From the human T2T-CHM13v2.0 reference genome, Homo sapiens: a stretch of DNA of 64,000 nt. The notes beneath the pieces were generated by a model. It was given only the letters and a program-made list of their open reading frames with translations, made no database searches and was not told where the DNA came from. Positions 21,126 through 35,028 of the stretch are shown here, one piece after another (the stretch's first letter is position 1; the number at the start of each line of letters is the position of its first letter). The position numbers were made by a program, and so were the translations under genes. The DNA lies in the NCBI RefSeq assembly GCF_009914755.1, contig NC_060935.1; one strand, given 5' to 3'.

Positions 21126-21860
21126 GAGACAGCATAAATTTCAACTTGTAGCATGCAAATTCATGCATATTTATTTTAAGTAAATTGAGCATTCAGTTTG
21201 AGAAAACAATTGTTAATGGATACAAAAGCAAATTTTTTGTCAGTTTCAAGAAAGAAATCTAGTATGTAACTTAAAGAGGAAACCTTGCTTGTCAAAGAGG
21301 AAGCCAGAGATGTGGGGTGGGTGAAAGGCATGTGCAAAGACCGTGCTAGAGGAGGAAAGATACATGGTAGGGAAGGGGTGTTAGCTCTGTTATCTCTTCC
21401 TTTCAGGTAGCAGCATAGTTAAAACTCATCTTGATAATTTTGCCTCACCAAAAAAGCCAGTCATTTTGTCATATGTTTCAATGTTCATTATTGTGAAAGA
21501 TGATAAAACATGGCTGAAGGGAACCAAAGTGTGGGCATAGAAGATAATAGGTAACTTACGAAGGGGCAAGGAGGTGGTTGTGAAAATTGGAATAGGAAAC
21601 AATTTGGAGGCCGTAAGGTATGACAGGTTCTGATTTGCATTTTGCAAGGTTCTGTTGACAGTTCTCACAAAACAGCATCGTGTGCAAACACCAAAGACCA
21701 TCTTCAGTTTGTTTCCAGTCTAAATCTCAAGTTCAATTAGTGATTATTTGCTGCACAAATAATTAACTACTATAAGCTACTAGAAAACGCCACACAGAAC
21801 CATGACTTCAGGACTTTTCCCAGCAGGTGTGGGGTAATTTCACTAAGAAGGAGGCAATAA

Positions 21861-22147
21861 GGCTGGGTGCCGGGGCTCACGCCTGTAATCCCAGCACTTT
21901 GGGAGGCCGAGGCGGGTGGATCACCTGAGATCTGGAGTTCAATCTAGCCTGACCAACATGGAGAAACCCTATCTCTACTAAAAATACAAAATCAGCCGGG
22001 CGTGGTGGCGCATGCCTGTAATCCCAGCTACTCCGGAGACTCAGGCAGGTGAATCGCTTGAATCCAGGAGGTGGAGTTTGCGGTGAGCCGAGATCGCGCC
22101 ATTGCACTCCAGCTTGGGCAACAAGAGCGAAACTCCGTCAAAAAAAA

Positions 22148-22179
<32 letters not shown>

Positions 22180-22500
22180 AGAAAGATAAAATGAAAATTC
22201 GTGGCTGGGCGCAGTGGCTCACTCCTGTAATCTCAGCACTTTGGGAGGCCGAGGTGAGTGAGTCACCTGAGGACAGGAGTTCAAGACCAGCCTGGCCAAC
22301 ATGGTGAAACCCCTTCTCTACTAAAAATTCAAAAAAATTAGCCCAGTGTTGCTGCACACTCCTGTAGTCCCAGCTACTTGGGAGGCTGAGGCAGGAGAAT
22401 TGCTTGAATCTGGGAGGCGGAGGTTGCAGTGAGCCATTGCCCTCCAGCCTGGGTGACAGAGTGAGACTCTGTCTCAAAAAAAAAAAGAAAAAAAAAGAAA
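21861..22500 (+). mobile_element. Two tandem AluS elements (21861-22190, 22203-22500)
   Basis: Two Alu dimers, each with its own A tail. Confidence 0.93.
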
Positions 22501-23829
22501 ATAGAAAATTATCGAGGCTATCATTTTAATTTTAAGTCTGCTCTCAAATGTTACCTTGTCTGGGAATTCCTTCCCTGAACTCTACATATCCCCTATCAGG
22601 CAGAATTGTTTTACCCTTCTATGTGTTCCAACATCCTCTGGCCTCCAACATATTGGGTAATAATATATCATTTATCTTTGTTCTATTCTGCTTGATTGTG
22701 GACTAGAAGGACCTGGGATTTTGGCATTCATCTGTGCATGCACAGTGATAAGGGCAGTGCCTGGCATGGAACACTAAGTTCTTTTTGGATGAACGTATAA
22801 GTGAGAAAGTTCTATTCCTTAATTCCAATAGCACCTTGTTTAGGTCCACCAATTCCTGAAGACACCATGGGAAGATGACACCTGAGTTAATAAACTTAGA
22901 TACAAAAGCTATACCAATATGTCTTTTAGTATACTCTGTTTATGCAAATATCTTAGTTTCCTGCAAAAAGATTTTCTTTTTCACCCCCCACCCCCACCAA
23001 AAAAACCACACATGATTAGAGGTGTGATTTTTAGTATCTTAAATATTATTGAAAGCCATTCAAGGTTATGTTTATAATTAAACTGAAATAAAAGAGATTA
23101 AAACCTTCTCTGAATTTTATCTGTACTGATTTTGCTATGGTCTAGCTAGTTATGGTATTTCAATGATCACATGGTTTAGCCCTAATTCTAATTTAGGCAT
23201 ACTACTCAATCCAATGCTGTTTAGATTTGCTCATGGGATTTGTTATAAAGTTCATGTCTCTCAGTGTTCTCACTATCCCATTCTTGCCACTGTAAAGATC
23301 TAAGCACCATCAGTCTAATAATTTAGCAGACAATGGAGTCTTCTTAGCTTTTACACACTATCAGGTATGGTTCACAGCAGTTAGAATGCAGCCTGTTGTA
23401 TTTCCAAGACCATCTGCTGCAGCGAATCATGTAAACAGTTTCCAAAAGACGGAAAGAGAGAGAAAGATGATAGATATTAAAGTCAGAGATGGATCTGGAG
23501 ATTTAGAGACTAACACATACTCACTCACATACAACAGCACTTCAGTTTTGGGTCTATGTGTGAAACCAAGCATGCCTTAAACAAGGAAGACAAGCTTTTC
23601 AAAGGTGCAATTGGATAACTTCTGCCATAGAAATGGCTGAATTGGGACACAAGTGGGGACAATTCCAGAAGAAGGGCACATCTCTTTCTTTTCTGCAGTT
23701 CTTTCTCACCTTCTCAACTCCTACTAAAATGTCTCATTTTCAGGTTCTGTAAATCCTGCTAGTCTCAGGCAAAATTATGCTCCAGGAGTCTCAAATTTTC
23801 TTATTTCATATTAGTCTTTATTTAGTAGA

Positions 23830-23945
23830 CTTCTTAATTTTTCTATTCATCACAAGTAAAAGCCTGTTGATCTTAATCAGCCAAGAAACTTATCTGTCTG
23901 GCAAATGACTTATGTATAAAGAGAATCATCAATGTCATGAGGTAA
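23830..23945 (+). promoter_or_regulatory. MS4A2: MS4A2 proximal promoter
   Basis: TATAAA at 23915-23920, about 30 nt before the expected start (~23944), and a GATA site TTATCT at 23890-23895. T at 23835 (within TTAA) fits the position of the -109C/T promoter variant. Confidence 0.75.
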
Positions 23946-24045
23946 CCCATTTCAACTGCCTATTCAGAGCATGCAGTAAGAGGAAATCCACCAAGTCTCA
24001 ATATAATAATATTCTTTATTCCTGGACAGCTCGGTTAATGAAAAA

Positions 24046-24101
24046 ATGGACACAGAAAGTAATAGGAGAGCAAATCTTGCTCTCCCACAGGAGCCTTCCA
24101 G
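24046..24101 (+). CDS. MS4A2: MS4A2 (FcepsilonRI beta) exon 1 coding part
   Basis: aaaATGG start; MDTESNRRANLALPQEPS(S); donor GTAGGT at 24102. Confidence 0.98.
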
Positions 24102-24971
24102 GTAGGTACAAGGTATTATTTTTTTCTACCCTCAGTCACTTAGTGGCAGGGGAAGTCATAGTCACGGTGCTTAGGAGATGAAACTTTATTGATTTAGGCA
24201 TGGATCCATCTAGTTTAATTAATATATTGGGTATGAGGAAGCTACTTGCTGTACTTTCCATGTGGTTCTCTCTCCCTGGAGAGGAACATTTTTACTCAGC
24301 TTGCAAACTGGAAATAGATTTTCTCACATTAGAAGCTCATTTTCTGGGTATGAGACAGGAGAGTTCATACTGTGTATGTAGATCTCTGGCTTCTGGGTCT
24401 GACATGTGCTGAGGGACACATATCCTTCACACATGCTTTTATAAATACTTGATAAAGTAACCTGCTTCTTGATTGGTCTTTATAATCCATAAGCTGTGGG
24501 ATGCTTCTCTGAAGATGAAAATAGTAATAGAGTCCCATCTAGCTATTCAAAGCCATTCCTTCATTGTATTCTGTGCACATGAAGTTGGGGTTTGTTACTG
24601 ACAAAATATATTCAGATACATTTCTATGTTAAAAGGATTGTGAGATGCATAGGTAAATGTGTTTATTTTCAGTTTTACTTGTCAACATAGATGAATGAGA
24701 AAGAACTTGAAAGTAACACTGGATTAAGAATAGGAAAATTTGGCATGGATTTTGCTCCATTTTGTCCCATCTAATCACTTGGATAGTGTTCAGGTGTTCT
24801 TGGTCAGTTACTTGGATGCTCTGAGCTTTAGTTTCTTGGTGATTACAATGAAGATTTGAATTACAGGATGGCTTTGAAAAAATAAACAAAACTCCCCTTT
24901 CTGTCTGTCGAGAATGTTGCACAGGGAGTTACAGAATGTTCTCATGACTGAATTGCTTTTAAATTTCACAG

Positions 24972-25101
24972 TGTGCCTGCATTTGAAGTCTTGGAAATAT
25001 CTCCCCAGGAAGTATCTTCAGGCAGACTATTGAAGTCGGCCTCATCCCCACCACTGCATACATGGCTGACAGTTTTGAAAAAAGAGCAGGAGTTCCTGGG
25101 G
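24972..25101 (+). CDS. MS4A2: MS4A2 exon 2
   Basis: cacAG acceptor and GTGAGT donor; VPAFEVLEISPQEVSSGRLLKSASSPPLHTWLTVLKKEQEFLG. Confidence 0.98.
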
Positions 25102-25615
25102 GTGAGTGAGCCTCCTCCAACTTTGACTAGAGTAAGGGTTGGGTCTAGAAAAGAATATTGAGTTGCATCAACTGTTTTCCCACTTGGATTCATGAGAGGT
25201 GTTAGGTCCTTTAAAAAACATGGTAGATAAAGAGTTGACACTAACTGGGTCCTTTTGGGAAGAGAGAAGCATTTCCTCATAAAGACTTTAAATTGCTAGG
25301 ACGAGAATGGCCAACAGGAGTGAAGGATTCATAATCTTTATCTTTACTTAGATGTAAAGAACAATTACTGATGTTCAACATGACTACGTACATAAAGGCG
25401 CATGGAGAAAAGTATTGGCCTTCCATGCATTAGGTAGTGCTTGTATCAATTCTTATAGTGGCTAGGGTATCCTGGAAAATCTTACGTGTGGATCATTTCT
25501 CAGGACAGTCTAGGACACTAACGCAGTTTCTCATGTTTGGCTTCTATTATTAAAAAATGATACAATCTCGGGAAAATTTTTTTGATTTTCATGAAATTCA
25601 TGTGTTTTTCTATAG

Positions 25616-25750
25616 GTAACACAAATTCTGACTGCTATGATATGCCTTTGTTTTGGAACAGTTGTCTGCTCTGTACTTGATATTTCACACATTGAGGGAG
25701 ACATTTTTTCATCATTTAAAGCAGGTTATCCATTCTGGGGAGCCATATTT
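25616..25750 (+). CDS. MS4A2: MS4A2 exon 3 (TM1 and start of TM2)
   Basis: tatAG acceptor and GTGAGT donor; 135 nt VTQILTAMICLCFGTVVCSVLDISHIEGDIFSSFKAGYPFWGAIF, containing the MS4A GYPFWG motif. Confidence 0.98.
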
Positions 25751-26124
25751 GTGAGTATATATCTATAATTGTTTCTGAAATAACACTGAACATAGGTTTT
25801 TCTCTTTCTCAGATCTAACCAGTTGTTTATTCCCAGTATTAACATGATATTTATAATTCTTAATTATAAATTATATGTGAGCATATATAACATAGATATG
25901 CTCATTAACAACAACAAAAGATTCTTTTTACAATTAACGGTGGGTTAAACATTTAGCCCACAGTTTTATCCCATGAGAAACCTGAATCTAATACAAGTTA
26001 AATGACTTGCCTAAGGGCCACTTGACTAATAGTAATTGAACCTAAACTTTCAGAATCCAACTCCAGGAACATACTTCTAGCACTATTCATCAATAAAGTT
26101 ATATGATAAATACATACAACTTTA

Positions 26125-26508
<384 letters not shown>

Positions 26509-27549
26509 TTAAGATCAAAGGGCATATGGTGACCTTCTATGCCCTAGAAACTCTTTTAGGTATTTTCTCCTGGTATCTCTTTTACTCATCGTTCTATCTG
26601 GAAAAATAGGTGGATGAGTGAGATAATAAGGTATATAACTTTTTAAAGGTCTAATTGACATATAATAAATTGCAAGTATTTCAGATGTACAATTTGCTAA
26701 CCTTGACACACATAGACACACATGAAAACATCACCACATTAATACAATGTATGTATCCATCATTTCCAAAAGCTTCCCTGTGTATCTTTGTAACTCTTTC
26801 TTCCTCCCTCCACTCCTTGTCCTCTCGTTCCCAAGAAAACATTGATCTGCTTTCTGTGAATATAAATTAACTTACATTTTTTAGAGCTTTATATAAGTAT
26901 GTTCTCTTTACTGTTTGTCTTCCTTCGCTGCACAGTTATTTTGAGATTCTTCAAGTTTTTTCTTTATATCGATACTTCATTCACAAGAATATATTTTAAT
27001 TCTAGACTATGTCACATTGACTTTGTAGTCTGCTAAATCCTTAGTGCTCAGATGACTTGTTCAGGACTCTCCTTGAACCTGTACCTCTGTTATAATTGAA
27101 ACTTGTCTCTACTGTCTTTTTATTTCAAACACAGCTTATGAGGTGTCTCTCAACCCATCAAACTCACAATCTGAGTCTTTAGGAGATTGCTTTGAATTTG
27201 TGCTATTGACTTATATTTATATCAAATATGTAAATGTTTGGTAAAAATATCATCATGTACATTTTCATAATTACTCTATATTCACATGATATATGTCAGA
27301 CTCTGGAAATATGCATGCCACAGACACGTGTTTCTTGCCTAAAGGGGCTGATGGAAGACGCACATACAAATAGACGATTGCAATAGAATGAGAGTGGTGG
27401 TCTAATCGATTCATGCCCTGATGTTGCTGGACGTTGCTACTCCAAGAGTAACCCCTGCATTGTCAGGGTTAGCATCTCCTGGAAGCCTCATGTAAATGAA
27501 GAATTTCATGCTCCATCCAGGACCTAATGAATAAGAATCTGCATTTTAG

Positions 27550-27912
<363 letters not shown>

Positions 27913-28071
27913 TAGAAAATAAGAATAAGAAAATATTGGGCTCACAGGTGACATTAATAAGTAACTTTATCGAGTACCCCAAATGTTACCTATGTTTGGA
28001 AGATGGGGTTAAAAAGGACACATTGAAAACAAGAAACTCATTGTGGCTTTTTTTTCCTCCTTTTTGAACAG

Positions 28072-28128
28072 TTTTCTATTTCTGGAATGTTGTCAATTAT
28101 ATCTGAAAGGAGAAATGCAACATATCTG
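28072..28128 (+). CDS. MS4A2: MS4A2 exon 4
   Basis: aacAG acceptor and GTGAGT donor; FSISGMLSIISERRNATYL. Confidence 0.98.
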
Positions 28129-28679
28129 GTGAGTTGCCCGTTTCTGTCTTTGTCCATCCTTGAAAAGATAAGAAGAACAGAGTTTTAAGAGTCTTAAGGG
28201 AAACACATCTTTGTCTCCTATATTACTTGTGAATGTGGATATATGATTTTGTTTCAATCTATTTTGTGTCCTAAGGCTTTTTGCAACAGAAGTTGGATAT
28301 AATCATTAGAAACATAAATTGTACCATTTAACATACAATGAAGTTTATGTTTACCTTGACGTTTCTTCTAAAAAAAGTGTCCTCACACCGGCATTGTCCT
28401 TGTAGGCATATTCACATGATCAAATAAATAATTAGTTTTCAATTAAGGAGAATATTTGAGGAAAGACCGTACGTGTTCATGTGGTTCCTGAAGGCAGTCC
28501 AGTGAGAAAGTAATATATGCTCATTAAACAATGCGGACATTTTCAGGGTTTCCCTTTTTAACCAAAATTTGGAAGCAATGTGGAATTTACTGGATGCATC
28601 CAGCCCTGAAATGAAGATAGGTTTATTGAATGTGCCAGCAAGTGCAGGCCCAGGTCTGAGTGTTCTTCATTATTATCAG

Positions 28680-28838
28680 GTGAGAGGAAGCCTGGGAGCA
28701 AACACTGCCAGCAGCATAGCTGGGGGAACGGGAATTACCATCCTGATCATCAACCTGAAGAAGAGCTTGGCCTATATCCACATCCACAGTTGCCAGAAAT
28801 TTTTTGAGACCAAGTGCTTTATGGCTTCCTTTTCCACT
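28680..28838 (+). CDS. MS4A2: MS4A2 exon 5 (TM3 and loop)
   Basis: atcAG acceptor and GTATGT donor; VRGSLGANTASSIAGGTGITILIINLKKSLAYIHIHSCQKFFETKCFMASFST. Confidence 0.98.
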
Positions 28839-29076
28839 GTATGTATTTTTTTTTGTGTGGGAAGACTAAGATTCTGGGTCCTAATGTAAGTAAGAAGCCC
28901 TCTTCTCCTGTTCCATGAACACCATCCTTTTCTGTAACTTCTATTACACAGTATAGTGGTTCTGTAAGTTCACACAGCCCAGGGAGATGCTGGCTGCCCA
29001 CTCCCCTCAACCCAGGCAAATTCCTCGGGGTTAAAGTTATCTACTGCAAGTGACGATCTCTGGGTTTTTCTGTGCC

Positions 29077-29082
<6 letters not shown>

Positions 29083-29116
<34 letters not shown>
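29083..29116. repeat. (TG)17 microsatellite in MS4A2 intron 5
   Basis: Read directly from the sequence. Confidence 0.95.
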
Positions 29117-29123
<7 letters not shown>

Positions 29124-29243
29124 CACTTTAAAAGGACTGGTCAGATGGTAGGGAGATGAAAACAGGAGATGCTATAAGAAAATAAACTTTTGGGGCGAAT
29201 ACCATGTGACTCTTTTTGTTTGTCATTTGTTGCTGTTCAATAG

Positions 29244-29342
29244 GAAATTGTAGTGATGATGCTGTTTCTCACCATTCTGGGACTTGGTAGTGCTGTGTCA
29301 CTCACAATCTGTGGAGCTGGGGAAGAACTCAAAGGAAACAAG
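29244..29342 (+). CDS. MS4A2: MS4A2 exon 6 (TM4)
   Basis: aatAG acceptor and GTAGAT donor; EIVVMMLFLTILGLGSAVSLTICGAGEELKGNK (Ile181, Val183). Confidence 0.98.
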
Positions 29343-29946
29343 GTAGATAGAAGCCCGATATAAAATCTTGAATGACAGGTTAACGAATTGGAGCTTTATT
29401 CCTTAAAAATATGGCCTGGGTTTTCTGAAACATTTCTTCCAGAAAATAGTTTCTCCAAGTTTTATTACTTTGGTTTACAAATCTCACATTTTAAATCACA
29501 TTTTATACCCATAAGTAGCACACATTTCATAATATATCCCTCTGAATGAGGGTTGGGATAATAGGATCTGTATAATGTTAGAAAATGCCTTAAAGTGTGT
29601 GGAGCATGAGAGATGGATGTGCAGAAGGCTTGTGAGGAAACCACCCAGGTATCTGGCCTTGTTTTCTGCCCCAGAAGTAGCCGCCTATTCCTGTTTCTGT
29701 TTTATTCCTTTGTTTCTTGACTTTTCCTTTCCAACTTGCTCTAAAACCTCAGTTTTCTTTCCTTTCTGATTCATGACTACCAAATGTTTCCACTTGCCTC
29801 ACCCGTCCATTACACCTTTGATAAGAACCACCAGCACCTTGTGCTCATGTACTTGCCCATGTCTGATGGAAGAAACATACTCTCTCCATCTGTCCACTTT
29901 CCTGAGGCATTCAAGTCTAGCCACCTTTTAAAATCACTCTCCTCCA

Positions 29947-30564
<618 letters not shown>

Positions 30565-30837
30565 AAAATCACTCTCTTCCAAAGATAGATAAATAAGACA
30601 GCAGATATACTAAGGAATAACCTCACCAACTTGTCATTGACTGACATGATTTCTTTTGGGCCCACTTGGCCAGCTAGTCTGGTTTGGTTTTCTGGAAATG
30701 AAAGAAATAATCAGAGTTTAATGACAGAGAGCGTGAGACCCAGAAAGACAAAAGTAGATGAGGTAAGTCTCTTGAGCGAGACTTCTAGGGATGGGAAATT
30801 TGTGGTGATTGATATGAAATGATTTTTCCCTTATCAG

Positions 30838-30936
30838 GTTCCAGAGGATCGTGTTTATGAAGAATTAAACATATATTCAGCTACTTACAGTGAGTTGGAA
30901 GACCCAGGGGAAATGTCTCCTCCCATTGATTTATAA
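30838..30936 (+). CDS. MS4A2: MS4A2 exon 7 coding part (ITAM tail)
   Basis: atcAG acceptor; VPEDRVYEELNIYSATYSELEDPGEMSPPIDL-stop. The seven exons sum to 244 aa. Codon 237 (30910-30912) is GAA, i.e. the Glu237 allele. Confidence 0.98.
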   Translation, partial: VPEDRVYEELNIYSATYSELEDPGEMSPPIDL

Positions 30937-31881
30937 GAATCACGTGTCCAGAACACTCTGATTCACAGCCAAGGATCCAGAAGGCCAAGGTCTTGTTAAG
31001 GGGCTACTGGAAAAATTTCTATTCTCTCCACAGCCTGCTGGTTTTACATTAGATTTATTCGCCTGATAAGAATATTTTGTTTCTGCTGCTTCTGTCCACC
31101 TTAATATTCTCCTTCTATTTGTAGATATGATAGACTCCTATTTTTCTTGTTTTATATTATGACCACACACATCTCTGCTGGAAAGTCAACATGTAGTAAG
31201 CAAGATTTAACTGTTTGATTATAACTGTGCAAATACAGAAAAAAAGAAGGCTGGCTGAAAGTTGAGTTAAACTTTGACAGTTTGATAATATTTGGTTCTT
31301 AGGGTTTTTTTTTTTTTTTAGCATTCTTAATAGTTACAGTTGGGCATGATTTGTACCATCCACCCATACCCACACAGTCACAGTCACACACACATATGTA
31401 TTACTTACACTATATATAACTTCCTATGCAAATATTTTACCACCAGTCAATAATACATTTTTGCCAAGACATGAAGTTTTATAAAGATCTGTATAATTGC
31501 CTGAATCACCAGCACATTCACTGACATGATATTATTTGCAGATTGACAAGTAGGAAGTGGGGAATTTTATTAAGTTACTCGTTGTCTGGGGAGGTAAATA
31601 GGTTAAAAACAGGGAAATTATAAGTGCAGAGATTAACATTTCACAAATGTTTAGTGAAACATTTGTGAAAAAAGAAGACTAAATTAAGACCTGAGCTGAA
31701 ATAAAGTGAGTGGAAATGGAAATAATGGTTATATCTAAAACATGTAGAAAAAGAGTAACTGGTAGATTTTGTTAACAAATTAAAGAATAAAGTTAGACAA
31801 GCAACTGGTTGACTAATACATTAAGCGTTTGAGTCTAAGATGAAAGGAGAACACTGGTTATGTTGATAGAATGATAAAAAG

Positions 31882-32199
<318 letters not shown>

Positions 32200-33722
32200 T
32201 CAGAAATCTGAAAAGTGGAGGAAGAGTACAAATAGACCTAAATTAAGCTCATTTTTAGGCTTTGATTTTGGGGAGACAAAGGGAAATGCAGCCATAGAGG
32301 GCCTGATGACATCCAATACAGAGTTCTGGTAAAGATAAAATTTGATACAGGTTTGGTGTCATTATAAGAGAAATCATTATTAAATGAAGCAAGTTAACAC
32401 TCTAAGAGAATTATTTTGAGATAGAAGTGAAGCTAAGCTAAACTTCACATGCCTATAATTGGAGGGAAAAACTAAGGATAAAATCTAGCCTAGAAGATAC
32501 AATAATTAGTCATAAACATGCATTGTGAAACTGTAGAGAGCAGGTAGCCCAAAATAGAGAAAGATTAGATAAAGAGAAAATAAGTATCCATCAGAGACAG
32601 TATCTCTAGGCTTGGGCAAGAGAAAAGTCCACAGTGATAAGCAACTCCACCTAAGGCATGAATATGCGGCAGAGAAAACAGCAATAGTGAATGAATGCAA
32701 AAGGTGCTGAGAAATTCCACACATGAGTATTGTGATGAGTAAATGAATAAAACATTTGCAAAGACCTTTAGAGAAAGAGAATGGGAGCATATGTGAGAAA
32801 TAAGATAGTTGATTATGAATAGAAGGTAGTGAAGAAAAGCAAGCTAAGAAAAAATTCTGTTTATAAAAGAAGGAAAAGATAGTTTATGTTTTTAGCCTAA
32901 GTATAAGAGTCCTACAGATGGACTGAAAAAAATCAGTCTGAGAGTATTAGTCACAATTAATGAAATAATTACATTTTATGTATTGAGGATGCCAAGATTA
33001 AAAGGTGACAGGTAGATGTTAATTTCCCTAGATTGTGAAAGTGATCACGACAATCACACAACAAATAATTAAGTGACTTGGTATGCTTTATTTAATTGTA
33101 GGGCCTGAGGTTTTCCATTCTCATTTTTCTAAAATACAATTTTGTTTCTCCAAATTTGACAGCAGAATAAAAACCCTACCCTTTCACTGTGTATCATGCT
33201 AAGCTGCATCTCTACTCTTGATCATCTGTAGGTATTAATCACATCACTTCCATGGCATGGATGTTCACATACAGACTCTTAACCCTGGTTTACCAGGACC
33301 TCTAGGAGTGGATCCAATCTATATCTTTACAGTTGTATAGTATATGATATCTCTTTTATTTCACTCAATTTATATTTTCATCATTGACTACATATTTCTT
33401 ATACACAACACACAATTTATGAATTTTTTCTCAAGATCATTCTGAGAGTTGCCCCACCCTACCTGCCTTTTATAGTATGCCCACCTCAGGCAGACACAGA
33501 GCACAATGCTGGGGTTCTCTTCACACTATCACTGCCCCAAATTGTCTTTCTAAATTTCAACTTCAATGTCATCTTCTCCATGAAGACCACTGAATGAACA
33601 CCTTTTCATCCAGCCTTAATTTCTTGCTCCATAACTACTCTATCCCACGATGCAGTATTGTATCATTAATTATTAGTGTGCTTGTGACCTCCTTATGTAT
33701 TCTCAATTACCTGTATTTGTGC

Positions 33723-33728
33723 AATAAA
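33723..33728 (+). terminator. MS4A2: Probable distal MS4A2 poly(A) signal (3' UTR ~2.8 kb)
   Basis: AATAAA followed by GU-rich TCTGTGTTTGTGTTGG at ~33755. Other AATAAA hexamers occur at 31700 and 33819. Confidence 0.6.
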
Positions 33729-34330
33729 TTGGAATAATGTAACTTGATTTCTTATCTGTGTTTGTGTTGGCATGCAAGATTTAGGTACTTATCAAAGATA
33801 ATGGGGAATTAAGGCATCAATAAAATGATGCCAAAGACCAAGAGCAGTTTCTGAAGTCCTCCTTTTCATCAGCTCTTTATCAAACAGAACACTCTATAAA
33901 CAACCCATAGCCAGAAAACAGGATGTAGGAACAATCACCAGCACACTCTATAAACAACCCATAGCCAGAAAACAGAATGTAGGGACAATCACCAGCCATC
34001 TTTTGTCAATAATTGATGGAATAGAGTTGAAAGGAAACTGGAGCATGAGTCATATTTGACCAGTCAGTCCTCACTCTTATTTACTTGCTATGTAAACTTG
34101 AGAAAGTTTTTTCTCCTTGTGAACCTCAGGTTTTACATCTGAAAATGAGAAATTTGGAACAAAAGATTCCTAACTGGTCTTTCTGTTCCCATATTCTGTG
34201 ATTTTTCAATATTTAGGATTTTTGGTAATCACAATTACTTAGTTTGTGGTTGAGATAGCAACAGCAATCAGAACTATTTGGTGGACATATTTTCAAAGGA
34301 GTAGCTCTCCACTTTGGGTAAAGAAGTGAT

Positions 34331-35028
<698 letters not shown>

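Noticed and set aside
28569-28889. 106-aa ORF as a separate gene
   Set aside because: It is MS4A2 exon 5 plus in-frame flanking intron.
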